DNA of 64,000 bases from a virus. Taxonomy: Duplodnaviria > Caudoviricetes. The position numbers and the translations under genes are program-made. Of the stretch, positions 42,753 to 52,792 are shown in pieces (positions within the stretch are counted from its first letter, which is position 1; every line of letters starts with the position of its first letter). The DNA lies in IMG/VR virus record IMGVR_UViG_3300029288_000071, positions 32,001 through 96,000 of that record; one strand, given 5' to 3'. The notes below the pieces were generated by a model. It worked only from the letters and a program-made list of their open reading frames with translations. It did no database searches and had not been told where the DNA came from.

Positions 42753-44675
42753 TTATACTAAAATATTTAAGATACTATCTTTTTCCAAAGTTTCTGGAGA
42801 TAAGTCAATATCACATTTTTTATCTGCTTTATCAACTAAAACTGCTCCAGCTTTTTCTAAGATTTCTCTTAAAGTAATACTGTTACTATAGAAATTAATC
42901 ATATACTTTCTTGCTTTTTCAGTATAATCATTATTTCTAGAAGTAATAGTATTACCAATACTTGACTTCATCAAATAAAACTTATTCTCTGTAGGTTCTG
43001 TTACTAACAAACCTAAGATTTTTTGTTTTTCTTCGATTTTAAGTTTAACTGTAGAAATGATGTTGTTTGGATTTACCATATAATTCTTTGGTAAATTCAC
43101 TTGTTTTTCACTAGCTACAATTAACTTAAACGGAACTGGAATTTGTTCACTAAAGTTGAAGTAGTTAAGCATTAACATGAAGATATTGCTTTTTTGCTTC
43201 TTAATATAAAACAATTCTGAAGCTCCATTAGCAGCATCTGTCATATCACCAGAAAATAAGATACTAGCACCTTCATTACTACCACCACGGCCGTATCTAT
43301 ATTCTCCATCCCATCCAATTTTAACCAATCCAACTAAAGACAAATCTAAGTCTATTCGGTTGCGGTTAACATTTTCCCAGTAAACACCAATTACTAAATC
43401 TTTTGGAACTGTAATAAATGTTCCTTCTGGAAAATTATCAATAAACATCTTTTCAGTTGCTGGTAAAGCATACTCAGTGTTTTTAGGCAAGAATATCTTT
43501 TTACCATCTACTTTTACTTTGATGCTATCAGCAATAGAATCTAAAACAATGTTATAGATTTTTTCAGCTAACTTTTGGTTTTTGAAGCCGAAATCAGTTG
43601 CATAACTTTTTCCATTTCGAATCTTGTATAAAATAGAATCCAATTCATCTTTTGTTCTGAATTTCAAAGCATAAGCTAATCGGATTTTTCTGAAAATGTT
43701 TACTCGACTTAATTCAACTTTTAACTTTTCTTCGTCTATTTTGTTTTTCTTGACATAAGAAGTTACATTGTTCAAGAAATCTTCAGGCATTGGCTTATGA
43801 TATTTAACAGCCAATTTTCTGATTTTGTTAATAGCAGCTTTCAACCCTTTATTAGTTCTGAAAGCTAAAAACAAAGGTTTAAATCTCAAGAAAATTTCAG
43901 CTAATTTTTCTAAGCCGTATTTCTTTGAGTATTTATTAAACAAATTCAAAGCAGCAAGATTGTCTTTGCTTTTGATTTCTGCAATAAGAGCTTTGTTTTT
44001 AATTAACAAAGTTCGATTTGTTGATTTATAAATTATGTATCTCAAGAATTCAATTGGATGTTCAGGAACAACATCAAAATAATCAAAGAAAGCAATTCTT
44101 ACTTCTTTGTTTTTGATATCATTGATTTCTTTTTCATCTATATTAATAATAGAAGTGCTTATGTCTAAGATATCTCTTTTAGAATCTTCACTTAAAGCAA
44201 TTCCACTTTTCAAGATATTCAAAACTTTTTCTTTGATCTCTTCTTTAGTATAGCCTTTGATTACAGTTAACTTGATTTTGTCAAGTTTGATCTTAGGAAT
44301 CTTCAAAGCTTCATCAGGAATATAAACTGTTTTTTCGTCATATATTCCTAATTGTTCAAATCCATAAGTAGTAATGTAATGAACAATTTGTTCAATTACT
44401 AATTGCTCGATAGAAGAATCTTTAATTTTTTTCCAAGACTTATGGAAAGAACTATTTATCTCTTCTGGTGATATACCAACTTCTGATTTTATTGAATCAG
44501 CAATTTTTATCAATTCAGCTTCAGAATAATTGTAAATTACTTCTGGTGAAAAGATAAAACCAAGTTCAACAGTTTTGTTTAATAAAGCTTTTGGATATTT
44601 CTTTTTGCCGTTTTCTTGAATTAAAACAGCTCTAAACAAACGAATTAATGATAACATATTAGTGGATCCTTTCAA
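42753..44675 (-). CDS. large helical protein with C-terminal TerD-like domain
   Basis: DLDLS and FSGDMTDA..GASE motifs resemble TerD; N-terminal two thirds look helical. Confidence 0.65.
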   Translation of the reverse strand: MKGSTNMLSLIRLFRAVLIQENGKKKYPKALLNKTVELGFIFSPEVIYNYSEAELIKIADSIKSEVGISPEEINSSFHKSWKKIKDSSIEQLVIEQIVHYITTYGFEQLGIYDEKTVYIPDEALKIPKIKLDKIKLTVIKGYTKEEIKEKVLNILKSGIALSEDSKRDILDISTSIINIDEKEINDIKNKEVRIAFFDYFDVVPEHPIEFLRYIIYKSTNRTLLIKNKALIAEIKSKDNLAALNLFNKYSKKYGLEKLAEIFLRFKPLFLAFRTNKGLKAAINKIRKLAVKYHKPMPEDFLNNVTSYVKKNKIDEEKLKVELSRVNIFRKIRLAYALKFRTKDELDSILYKIRNGKSYATDFGFKNQKLAEKIYNIVLDSIADSIKVKVDGKKIFLPKNTEYALPATEKMFIDNFPEGTFITVPKDLVIGVYWENVNRNRIDLDLSLVGLVKIGWDGEYRYGRGGSNEGASILFSGDMTDAANGASELFYIKKQKSNIFMLMLNYFNFSEQIPVPFKLIVASEKQVNLPKNYMVNPNNIISTVKLKIEEKQKILGLLVTEPTENKFYLMKSSIGNTITSRNNDYTEKARKYMINFYSNSITLREILEKAGAVLVDKADKKCDIDLSPETLEKDSILNILV

Positions 44676-44686
44676 TTAAAATTTAT

Positions 44687-44889
44687 AAGCGAGAAGTAAT
44701 TACCGTCTGCCCAGGGGCAGACTAGGAGTTGAACCTAGTTATTAGGAACTTCTTTTGCCTATAAAAAGTTTTAGACGGAGAGTAATTGCCTTCAAATGAT
44801 TATTAGGAACTCTCTATGTCTAATTAAAATTCGAAGACGAGAAGTATTTTCTTTCATGTAAGGAATTTTATTAGGAACTTCTTATGTCT
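44687..44889 (-). repeat. three tandem copies of structured RNA motif B (Y-RNA-like)
   Basis: AGAC-AUA-AGAAGU-UCCUA...U-ACUUCU-C-GUCU at 44687-44760, 44773-44821, 44835-44889. Confidence 0.75.
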
Positions 44890-44997
44890 TCTTTAAAAAA
44901 ACGGTTCGTATTGTTGAGATTTTCACTCAATCACTTTTTCAAGTGTTTAAGCACAGCTGGGATTTCTCCAACAGCTAACATTTCGTGCTAATACAGG

Positions 44998-45071
44998 TGG
45001 ACCCAAAGGGAGTCGAACCCTCAACTATGCGGTGCAAGCGCATCGTTTTCCCAATTGGCTACTATGGGCCC
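44998..45071 (-). tRNA. tRNA-Ala(TGC)
   Basis: G3.U70. Confidence 0.85.
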
Positions 45072-45637
45072 CATTTCAATTTCAAGTATTCTTGAACTTT
45101 ATCAAAAACTTCTTTTTTGTATTTTGAATGAATATAACCATGATGATTTCTGCATAATGGAACTAGATTTTCAGGTCTATTGTCATTGTGAATTAAATTT
45201 ATGTGATGTGCACAAACCATTTTTTCTTCAGGACATATAATACATTTTTTGCCATGATGCTTAAAACAAATTGTTCTATAACTAAATGTTGATTTAGTTC
45301 CATTTTTCTTAAAATTTTCGGCTCTTACAAGGGCTCCAACTTTATTGGAGCATTTTCTAGAACAATAATACTTTTCTTTTTTTGGAAATTCTTTTTCATA
45401 TTCTTCAACATCAAATTTACATTTACAAATTTCACAAACAACTTTAAATATTTTTTTCTTTCCTTTTATTCTTTCAGTTCTAGCAATATTTCCTTTTGCT
45501 AATTTTTCTCTAGTTTGTTGGGAAATAAAAATTCTGTTCTTATTTGAAGAACATCTATTTTGATGATAAGAAATTCCAGTTTTTGTTGTAAAAATTTTTC
45601 TATTACAAAATTTACATATTTGATTTTCTTTTTCCAT
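45062..45637 (-). CDS. HNH homing endonuclease
   Basis: CIIC..HHIN..NRPENLVPLCRNHH; Zn-finger repeats; start uncertain. Confidence 0.8.
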   Translation of the reverse strand: MEKENQICKFCNRKIFTTKTGISYHQNRCSSNKNRIFISQQTREKLAKGNIARTERIKGKKKIFKVVCEICKCKFDVEEYEKEFPKKEKYYCSRKCSNKVGALVRAENFKKNGTKSTFSYRTICFKHHGKKCIICPEEKMVCAHHINLIHNDNRPENLVPLCRNHHGYIHSKYKKEVFDKVQEYLKLKWGP

Positions 45638-45750
45638 GATGATAAATATCATGGAGACCGAGTTAAAATTGTACTTTCGCCCCCACGGCACATGTGAGCC
45701 CATATTATATTTGTAATCTAATACTTAATTGTGTTAAAGTAAACAAAATG

Positions 45751-45835
45751 CTCAACCGGTAGGATTCGAACCTACGATGTCTTTTGGACGACGGCTTAAC
45801 AGGCCGCTGTGGTACCGGGCTCCACGCACGGTTGA
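45751..45835 (-). tRNA. tRNA-Asn(GTT) with long variable arm
   Basis: CGGC-CTGTTAA-GCCG plus GTC-CAAAA-GAC arm. Confidence 0.78.
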
Positions 45836-46187
45836 ATGATAAATGCGGCTAACTGCAAAAAGTATTTACTGTTTCCATCCGGTAACCGGCCCTAGTGTCT
45901 GCTTTTTGGTTAATTCCAATGCCGCTATGTCAATGAACTTGAGAAGTAAATGAGACTCGAACTCAAAATAACTACCTAGTACTTCTAAAAATTAAAACTG
46001 ATTATAAAAATGTGTAAAGATTAAAAAATTTTTAGCGTGATGCTAAGTTCGGTTGATAACTATGCTTTCGTTCCGATTTGGCTGAAGTAAGCACGTTATC
46101 TGATGTAGTCCCGAGTATATTATCAGGTCTAATCGTATTGGGGCAATATGTAAAGCGTAGAGTTTTCATTTTTATTTTTTAAAATTT

Positions 46188-46251
46188 AGACGAGAAGTAT
46201 TTTCTGGTAGCCGCTGATGGCGGCTTGATTTAATAGGAACTTCTTATGTCT
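46188..46251 (-). ncRNA. structured RNA motif B, fourth copy
   Basis: Terminal stems identical to 44835-44889; directly downstream of a promoter motif. Confidence 0.7.
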
Positions 46252-46341
46252 AAGTAAAAATAATAAATAATTTAACTAGTTATAATATAATACATTCAAA
46301 GTTAAAAGTAAACGACTTTTTCAACTTTTTTTACTTTTTGT

Positions 46342-46413
46342 TGCAGGTATAGGAATCGAACCTATGTACCTGGGTTATGAGCCCAGCGGGGAGCCACTCC
46401 ATCGTAACCCGCA
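46342..46413 (-). tRNA. initiator tRNA-Met(CAT)
   Basis: GGG/CCC anticodon stem. Confidence 0.78.
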
Positions 46414-46922
46414 ATGTAAAAATAAATATCTTTGAAATTCCAAAACAAGTAACAACTGCTAAAAAATTAATCAGCTGTATGATTAAGCTGTATGTTTAAG
46501 CCAAAATGCAGTAGGTGTTCCAGCTGGTTGAACAGGTTCTTCATTTGTTGCAGTAAAAGTTGTTGAACCAGAATCAGCTTGTTTTCCATTATCACCTATA
46601 GTTCTTACAAATAGAACAACTTCAGAATCAGTAGGAAGATCTATATCAATCTCTGATTGACTAGAAGACATATCTGCTCCAAATTGAGCTGGTGTAGCTC
46701 CATTGAGCCCTACAAAAAGTTGTTGTTTGTCTACAAAAGTAGTTGTTGACAAAGTCCAAGAAATTCTATATTGTTCCATATTTTCTTTCTTACGTAAATA
46801 AGTAGCTTTTAAATTGGTTATTGGAGCTACTTTTCTGTTCTTTTTCCATAGATAATAAGCTAGAGCAGCAAGTAAAACTATTATTAAAATTATCCACACA
46901 GCTTCTCCTTACTTATTAATTG

Positions 46923-46999
46923 CGCATCCAAAGAGAATCGAACTCTTCCATCTGGTTTTGGAGACCGGATCGCCTTTATCCTTGGAACATGTGGATGCA
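46923..46999 (-). tRNA. tRNA-Trp(CCA)
   Basis: Loop CTCCAAA, G73. Confidence 0.78.
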
Positions 47000-47186
47000 T
47001 TAAAGGGCTACTTTTGCTAAATCAACGATTTCCTGTAGCCCTTTAGCTTTTATAAAGCTATTTTATGTTTGGAAATTCGAGGAAAGTTTTTATCTTTTGG
47101 ATAAAAGTTTAATGAAGTGAATAAATATCATTCATTTCAGCTATTATCCTATAGGAAGCTTTCAAACCTTGAGTACTTGACTGCTA

Positions 47187-47660
47187 TTATGTTATTTCAA
47201 TTAATTTAGTTTTAGAAATTGGTTCTATTTTCTTTTTATTAATAGTTACTATTAGTAATCCATCTTTTACATTTGCTATAATTGAATTTTCATCAAGATC
47301 TTCAGATAAGGTAAAAGCTCTAGAAAAAGCAGAAGAATGAATTTCTTTTCTTAAAACTTTTCCTGTAGATTCAGAAGAACTTTGATTTTTTTCACCTGAA
47401 ATAACTAAATATTTTGTTCCTGCTTCATCAGGAGTTATTTCAATTTTCAAGTTTTCTTTTTTCAAACCTGGAACTGTTGCAGTTATTTCAAGTTTTGAAG
47501 GATATTCTTGAATATCTACTTTTGGAAAACTTCCTTTTGTACTTTGAACTGGACTATTGAAAAAATCATCAATATTTTGGTTCCATAAAACATTGAATAT
47601 ATCTTCAAATGAACCTTTGATTAAATTTGGATATTGTCTTTTTATAATTGATTGAGTCAT
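47187..47660 (-). CDS. Hsp20/alpha-crystallin small heat shock protein
   Basis: FPKVDI, VPGLKKE, ISGEK, FSRAFTL, DGLLIV. Confidence 0.92.
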   Translation of the reverse strand: MTQSIIKRQYPNLIKGSFEDIFNVLWNQNIDDFFNSPVQSTKGSFPKVDIQEYPSKLEITATVPGLKKENLKIEITPDEAGTKYLVISGEKNQSSSESTGKVLRKEIHSSAFSRAFTLSEDLDENSIIANVKDGLLIVTINKKKIEPISKTKLIEIT

Positions 47661-47834
47661 GATAGATCTCCGTAAATAGCAGTCCCTGAGGATGGTATAT
47701 TTAGAATATACTTATGATAGCACTTTATAGGCGCCGTCACATCTTGCTCAGGATTTACCTGCTGAGTTGCTAAATAGCTAACTCATGTTTATTATATGTC
47801 AAAGAACCTTTAAGAGCAACATTCTAGCGAAATG

Positions 47835-48263
47835 TGGACCTGTGCGGATTCGAACCGCAGTGTTACTATAATTAAATCTGAATTTCTACAAGTTTATCTA
47901 ATTTTCCAGTGCGAAATTTGAGCTCGCAAAAATGTCTGGTACAAATTTGATATAGCAGAAAAATTAGAAAACTTACTATATCTCATCAAGTAATTTTTTA
48001 ATGAAGATCACTTGATAAGAACTTCAGACCTGAAACCAATTGCCGAGGACACCAGTTAGTCTACAAATTTTCGAAGTGGCTAACAACTACGTTACTAAAG
48101 CTTTTTAGGCTAAAGCAAATTCATTTTGAGAAACAAAAGCTAAAGCATCCTCAAAAGTGAAGGCAGATTTTTGTTCTGCATTTATGTTTTTAGATAAGTT
48201 TAAAGAGCTTCAAGCTCTACTTGCTATTCAGTTCGCTTATAATAGTCGATACCTTTCAGGCCC
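47835..48263 (-). ncRNA. ssrA: tmRNA
   Basis: 5' GGGCCUGAAAGGUAUCGAC, 3' T-arm + CAGGUCCA, G3.U70; tag AEQKSAFTFEDALAFVSQNEFALA* at 48105-48179. Confidence 0.9.
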
Positions 48264-49496
48264 TCCAAAAACTTAATAATTAGTGGGTTCTTTTATAGAA
48301 TATTCTTGAATCAAATTTGTGCATCCATTAATAACAAGTGATAAAACCTGGATTGCAAATCTAGCTGGTTTATTGCAAGTGTTGTTTCTAATATAAGCAA
48401 TTATTCCATTTGCTAATGCTGCAATTTCTGCAGGCTCTACGTTTTGTGGCATTTCTATTCTCGTTAATTTGTTTGACCGGTCAAGACTCTAATAATCAAT
48501 TTCATTTCTTATATAAATATAATTCAAATTCAAATTAAAGTAAACAAAAATTTTCTATTCTTCAATATACCAAGCTTCTATTTCTTTTGATTTGATCAGA
48601 GCTACAATCTTTTCAGCTTCTTCTAAAGTTACTTTACTCTTAGACTTAACAGCTAAAGTAGTTTCTTGACCTTCATATGGGAAAGCATATTTTCCAAATT
48701 CAATGGGTGAAAAAGAATTTACATAACTGGATCTGCCAAATTTTGTATTATCTTCAAAATAAACTCTATATTTTGTAGCATTTTTTAGAATTTGAGCTTC
48801 TTGTTGCTCTTTTTCTTTCTTCTCTTTCCATCTCTTTTGATTAATTGTAGTTTGTTCTGGATTATCTCTAGAAAATAGATAACAAGCAGAACACATACCA
48901 AAAGATTTCCACATTAACTCTTCATGAGGAGATGATTGCATACAAGTTCCTTTATTTTCAGTGCCTCTAATTTCGTCACATCTAGGACAAAAGAATGGAA
49001 TCTTACCACTAAAAGGAGCTTTAATTTCAACTTCTGCTTCTTGAAGATTTTCACCGGGTCTAGGTAAAACTATACCCATTTTCTTAATAATTTCTAAGTA
49101 GTCTTCTGGTTTTTCTGTTTTTGACATTCTGGTTTTTGAACAACAAGATTTTTATGAATGATTTTCATGATACTATCATTACTATCTTCAACTTTAATAC
49201 CCTTTTGTTCTAAAATTTTTTTAATATCTGATTTTTTGATCATTCATTTTGTTTTCTAATATCCCATTTTACTTAGGAGTAAGCTCTCATATTCAGGTTC
49301 CTTTTGAATTCCTGTTTCTTGTAATAATTCTTCAGCATTAACAATTCTTGATAATCCACAATGAACACAAGATAAAGAAACTTTTCCTTTGAAAAATCCT
49401 TCATACTTCTTAGAATCACCCACTTCTTCAATTTCCCACTGATGAATTTCATTAGTTTCAGAACATTTACAAAACAAATTATGTTTGTTTGAAAAA

Positions 49497-50372
49497 TCAA
49501 GTGAAAATATCATTTTTATTTTTTTCTTTCATTTTAATAATTTCTTTTTTCTTACCTTTTCGAGAAATAACTTCTACAGTAAACCCTCTTTTTATCCAAT
49601 GATTTCTCAAAACTTCAGGATTAATGTATGCTTTTTTAGCAATTCCCGGAGTATTTCCTAATACTTTAGATACATTGACTACAATTTCTTTAACTTCTGA
49701 ACTTACATCTTTTTTCTTAAAATTATTTTCTCTTACTTTTAATTGATTCAAAATAGCTTTTGATAATTTTGCAGCTTCTACATTAGCTCTAAAAGCTCTA
49801 AAATCTTTGGGAGAAAAACCAAAACCAATTGATCTTTTTACTAATCGATTAACTTCAATTTTTGTAATTTCTTTTCCATTGATAGTCAACCAACGGTCAA
49901 AACCTTGATCAAAAAATTGCTTTCCTACTTCAATAAGAAAAGGATCAGAAACTGTAATAAGTTGATCAACTGATTTCTTTCCAACAAAACTAAGAATCAT
50001 TTTAGAAGGATTTGCTAAATCAACTTTTCCATTAATATCATAAAAACCTACATGATTTCGAAGTAAAGTAGTTAATCCATAAGTCTGGACAGTTTGACCT
50101 TCAGTTTTCTTTGCTTTAGAAACATAACCTTCAGCACTATCTTCATTTCCAACTCTAATTCCTGTTTCAATCATCATAAGAACTGCAAAAGCACAAGCTT
50201 TTCTTTCAGTGATCCCTTTAACAGAACAATATTCTCTAAGTTTAGAATCAATTTCAGAATAGTTTTGCTGAATTTTTGCTACTCTATTGAATTTTGCTAT
50301 TTCTTTGTCTCGACCCTTGAATCTCCCATTGGGATTTCCACCAAGATAAAGATTTTCTGTATTTTGCAGCAT
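49497..50372 (-). CDS. type IB DNA topoisomerase (bacterial/viral type)
   Basis: IRVGNE, YGLTTL, FVGK, PKDFR, LGNTPGIAKKAYI. Confidence 0.9.
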   Translation of the reverse strand: MLQNTENLYLGGNPNGRFKGRDKEIAKFNRVAKIQQNYSEIDSKLREYCSVKGITERKACAFAVLMMIETGIRVGNEDSAEGYVSKAKKTEGQTVQTYGLTTLLRNHVGFYDINGKVDLANPSKMILSFVGKKSVDQLITVSDPFLIEVGKQFFDQGFDRWLTINGKEITKIEVNRLVKRSIGFGFSPKDFRAFRANVEAAKLSKAILNQLKVRENNFKKKDVSSEVKEIVVNVSKVLGNTPGIAKKAYINPEVLRNHWIKRGFTVEVISRKGKKKEIIKMKEKNKNDIFT

Positions 50373-50436
50373 TCAAAATTCCTTTTTATAAATTGACTAT
50401 ACTAATATATCATTTAAACTTTACATAGTAAATATG

Positions 50437-50667
50437 CTACAAAAATTTACTTCTACGTCTTTCTCTTCTTTGTTCAGCTCTGAGCCTTGCTGCTGCTCTT
50501 AGGGACTTTTCTTTTCTGCGGACTGCAGGTCTTCGATATGCACAATGGTCTAAATATTCTTGTAGAACATTGCTTTCTTTGAGTTTCTTTTTTAATTTAG
50601 ATAGAGCTATTCCTAGCTCAGTAGGATCATTACCGTTTCTTAATTTTACTTGTGCTCTAATAGCCAC
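50437..50667 (-). CDS. rpsU: ribosomal protein bS21
   Basis: ALSKLKKKLKESNVLQEY...YRRPAVRRKEK. Confidence 0.8.
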   Translation of the reverse strand: MAIRAQVKLRNGNDPTELGIALSKLKKKLKESNVLQEYLDHCAYRRPAVRRKEKSLRAAARLRAEQRRERRRSKFL

Positions 50668-50672
50668 TTGTT

Positions 50673-51125
50673 CTATTCCTGAACTTTCTTTTTTAGTATT
50701 TTTTCTTTTCCATCTTTCATCAAAACTTTCAATATATCATTTTTTGATTCTAAAACAAATACCTCTTGAACTTTACCAGATATTTTGACTTTTAAAGGTT
50801 TATTTTCAATTGTATGTTGTTCTTCAACAATGGGTTCTTTAACAGATATATTTACGGGAGTTTCTAAATCAATCGTTGAACTCCAAGGTTTAAAAAATTT
50901 TCCTTCAACTACAACTTCAATAGAAGCATCTAAAGTTTTTTCAGATTCAAAAATAGAATCTAATCGTGGAATTTCAAATGTAGCTTCTTTATCTTCTACT
51001 TGACCTTCAAACATAAGAGCTTTATTGCCTGACTTTAGAATAAGTCTTGGTTTTATTTTATCTTTTGTTCCTTCAACTTCAATTTGAAATTTGATTGTTT
51101 GATTTTCTTCTTTTTTGATTTTCAT
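50673..51125 (-). CDS. conserved jumbo-phage hypothetical protein
   Basis: F.IEVEG..PRL..IEVVVEGKFFKPW pattern. Confidence 0.5.
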   Translation of the reverse strand: MKIKKEENQTIKFQIEVEGTKDKIKPRLILKSGNKALMFEGQVEDKEATFEIPRLDSIFESEKTLDASIEVVVEGKFFKPWSSTIDLETPVNISVKEPIVEEQHTIENKPLKVKISGKVQEVFVLESKNDILKVLMKDGKEKILKKKVQE

Positions 51126-51424
51126 AATATTACTCTAAAATACCCATTCTTTTCTTCCTACTTTTACTAAAAATTTTACTTCTTTATTTTTAGGTTCTGT
51201 AACTCCGATAACTATGCGTTTAATGTTTTCAATTAATAATTTTTCATGAATAGAACGTTTTCCATCTTCATCTTCAATTAAAAATTTAATTGTTCTTTGC
51301 TGTTCTTGATTATATCTTACTCTATTTCTGCCACCTGAAGTACCTATAAAAGTTGATACTCTAAGATTAGAATCTGCAAACCAAGGTTGAGCAAAATAAA
51401 AAGTACCAAACATAATAAATATCC

Positions 51425-52792
51425 TTATTCATAAATAATAGTTACAGGTATTCCAGAATTTACAATAGTAAGACCTGTGAAAAATGGACAACCATATTCT
51501 ATAACAGTTGGTTCTGTAGTTTTTGATGCAATATTTATTGTACTAATAATTGTTCCTGCTGATGTACTATTATCATAAGCTGTAATTGTTCCAACACTTG
51601 AAACATCCGCGCATATAATTCGATGAAGTCTTCCTGCTCCATATTTACATACTGAAGTTGCTGCAGTTGATGAAACATATTTATATCTACTTTCACTATC
51701 TAATTGTCCTAATCTTGAAATTGATGCAACTCTACAATTTAAAATATTATTTGCTGTAGTGCTTCCAGAATTTATACATTGTAATCCAATTTTTAAAGTT
51801 GGAGAATCTACTTGTGTGGTTGTATTTCCTGATATTTTATGTAAAAATTGTCCATCAATATAGTACCAAACTGATTTATTTGACCAAATTATTTCATAAG
51901 TATGTGCATTTATGTCAATTGAATATACAGAACCGTAATCACCACTAAAACTTGTCACAGGTGTATCAACAGTTCCTTTGCGTGAAACCAAACTTAATGT
52001 AGTTCCATTCCATTCAAAGAAGTAACCATAATTTGTATCAAAAGCACCCCATCGAGTAGTACAAGTGCCTGTTAAAGCAATAACTCGTGAAACACATCTA
52101 AAATAATTTGTTGAACCAGCAACATACCTTCCAGTAGCTACTGAAAACATTGATACAGTTCCATTTGCAGAAGTTCCTGTTTGAAGTGCTACATTGCCAC
52201 CAGTTTGTGAAACTGTACTTCCACTACCTGCAGTAGTAACAGTCCAAAAATTTGGATCAGGTGAACCTGAATTTCCAGAACCTTCAAAAGCTGCACCTAC
52301 TAATTTTACATGAGTAGTTGTTCTTAATTCATTAGTTGGAGTAGATTGTACTCCTGCCATAGGATCTTCTAAAAATTCATTTATACTAATTTTAAAATTT
52401 TGTTTTTGAGAAAGAGCTCTTGGAACTGCTTCTACTACTGGACATAATGCTGTTTGTAATCTAAAATATGTTGTAGCAGAACTACTAATATTTTTAACTC
52501 TTATACGAACATAAGAGTTTACTGCTTGAATTGTAGTACCAAATGGTTTTATAGTATAATAAGTGAAATTATCTGAAACATCCCAATTTATATTATCAGG
52601 AGATTGTTCTACCCAAACAGTACAATTTTGATCTGTTTTTAGTGAAACTTGAATTCCTACTATACCTAAAGTAGAAGTACCAATTCCAGTAAAAGATGAT
52701 AATGAATCTAAATTTGCAGATGAACTATTATTAGAATCTGCAATTACATTTTGTGTTATAGAAGAAAAATAACTCATTAGATAATTCTCCAA
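51425..52792 (-). CDS. probable virion structural/fibre protein
   Basis: Ser/Thr/Gly-rich, beta-rich 455 aa. Confidence 0.55.
   Translation of the reverse strand: MENYLMSYFSSITQNVIADSNNSSSANLDSLSSFTGIGTSTLGIVGIQVSLKTDQNCTVWVEQSPDNINWDVSDNFTYYTIKPFGTTIQAVNSYVRIRVKNISSSATTYFRLQTALCPVVEAVPRALSQKQNFKISINEFLEDPMAGVQSTPTNELRTTTHVKLVGAAFEGSGNSGSPDPNFWTVTTAGSGSTVSQTGGNVALQTGTSANGTVSMFSVATGRYVAGSTNYFRCVSRVIALTGTCTTRWGAFDTNYGYFFEWNGTTLSLVSRKGTVDTPVTSFSGDYGSVYSIDINAHTYEIIWSNKSVWYYIDGQFLHKISGNTTTQVDSPTLKIGLQCINSGSTTANNILNCRVASISRLGQLDSESRYKYVSSTAATSVCKYGAGRLHRIICADVSSVGTITAYDNSTSAGTIISTINIASKTTEPTVIEYGCPFFTGLTIVNSGIPVTIIYE

Noticed and set aside
44687-44889. CRISPR array
   Set aside because: Each unit is self-complementary end to end with covariation and variable interior; no cas genes in the window
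47715-47745. CIRCE element upstream of hsp20
   Set aside because: Only a partial half-site; no matching inverted half at 9-nt spacing
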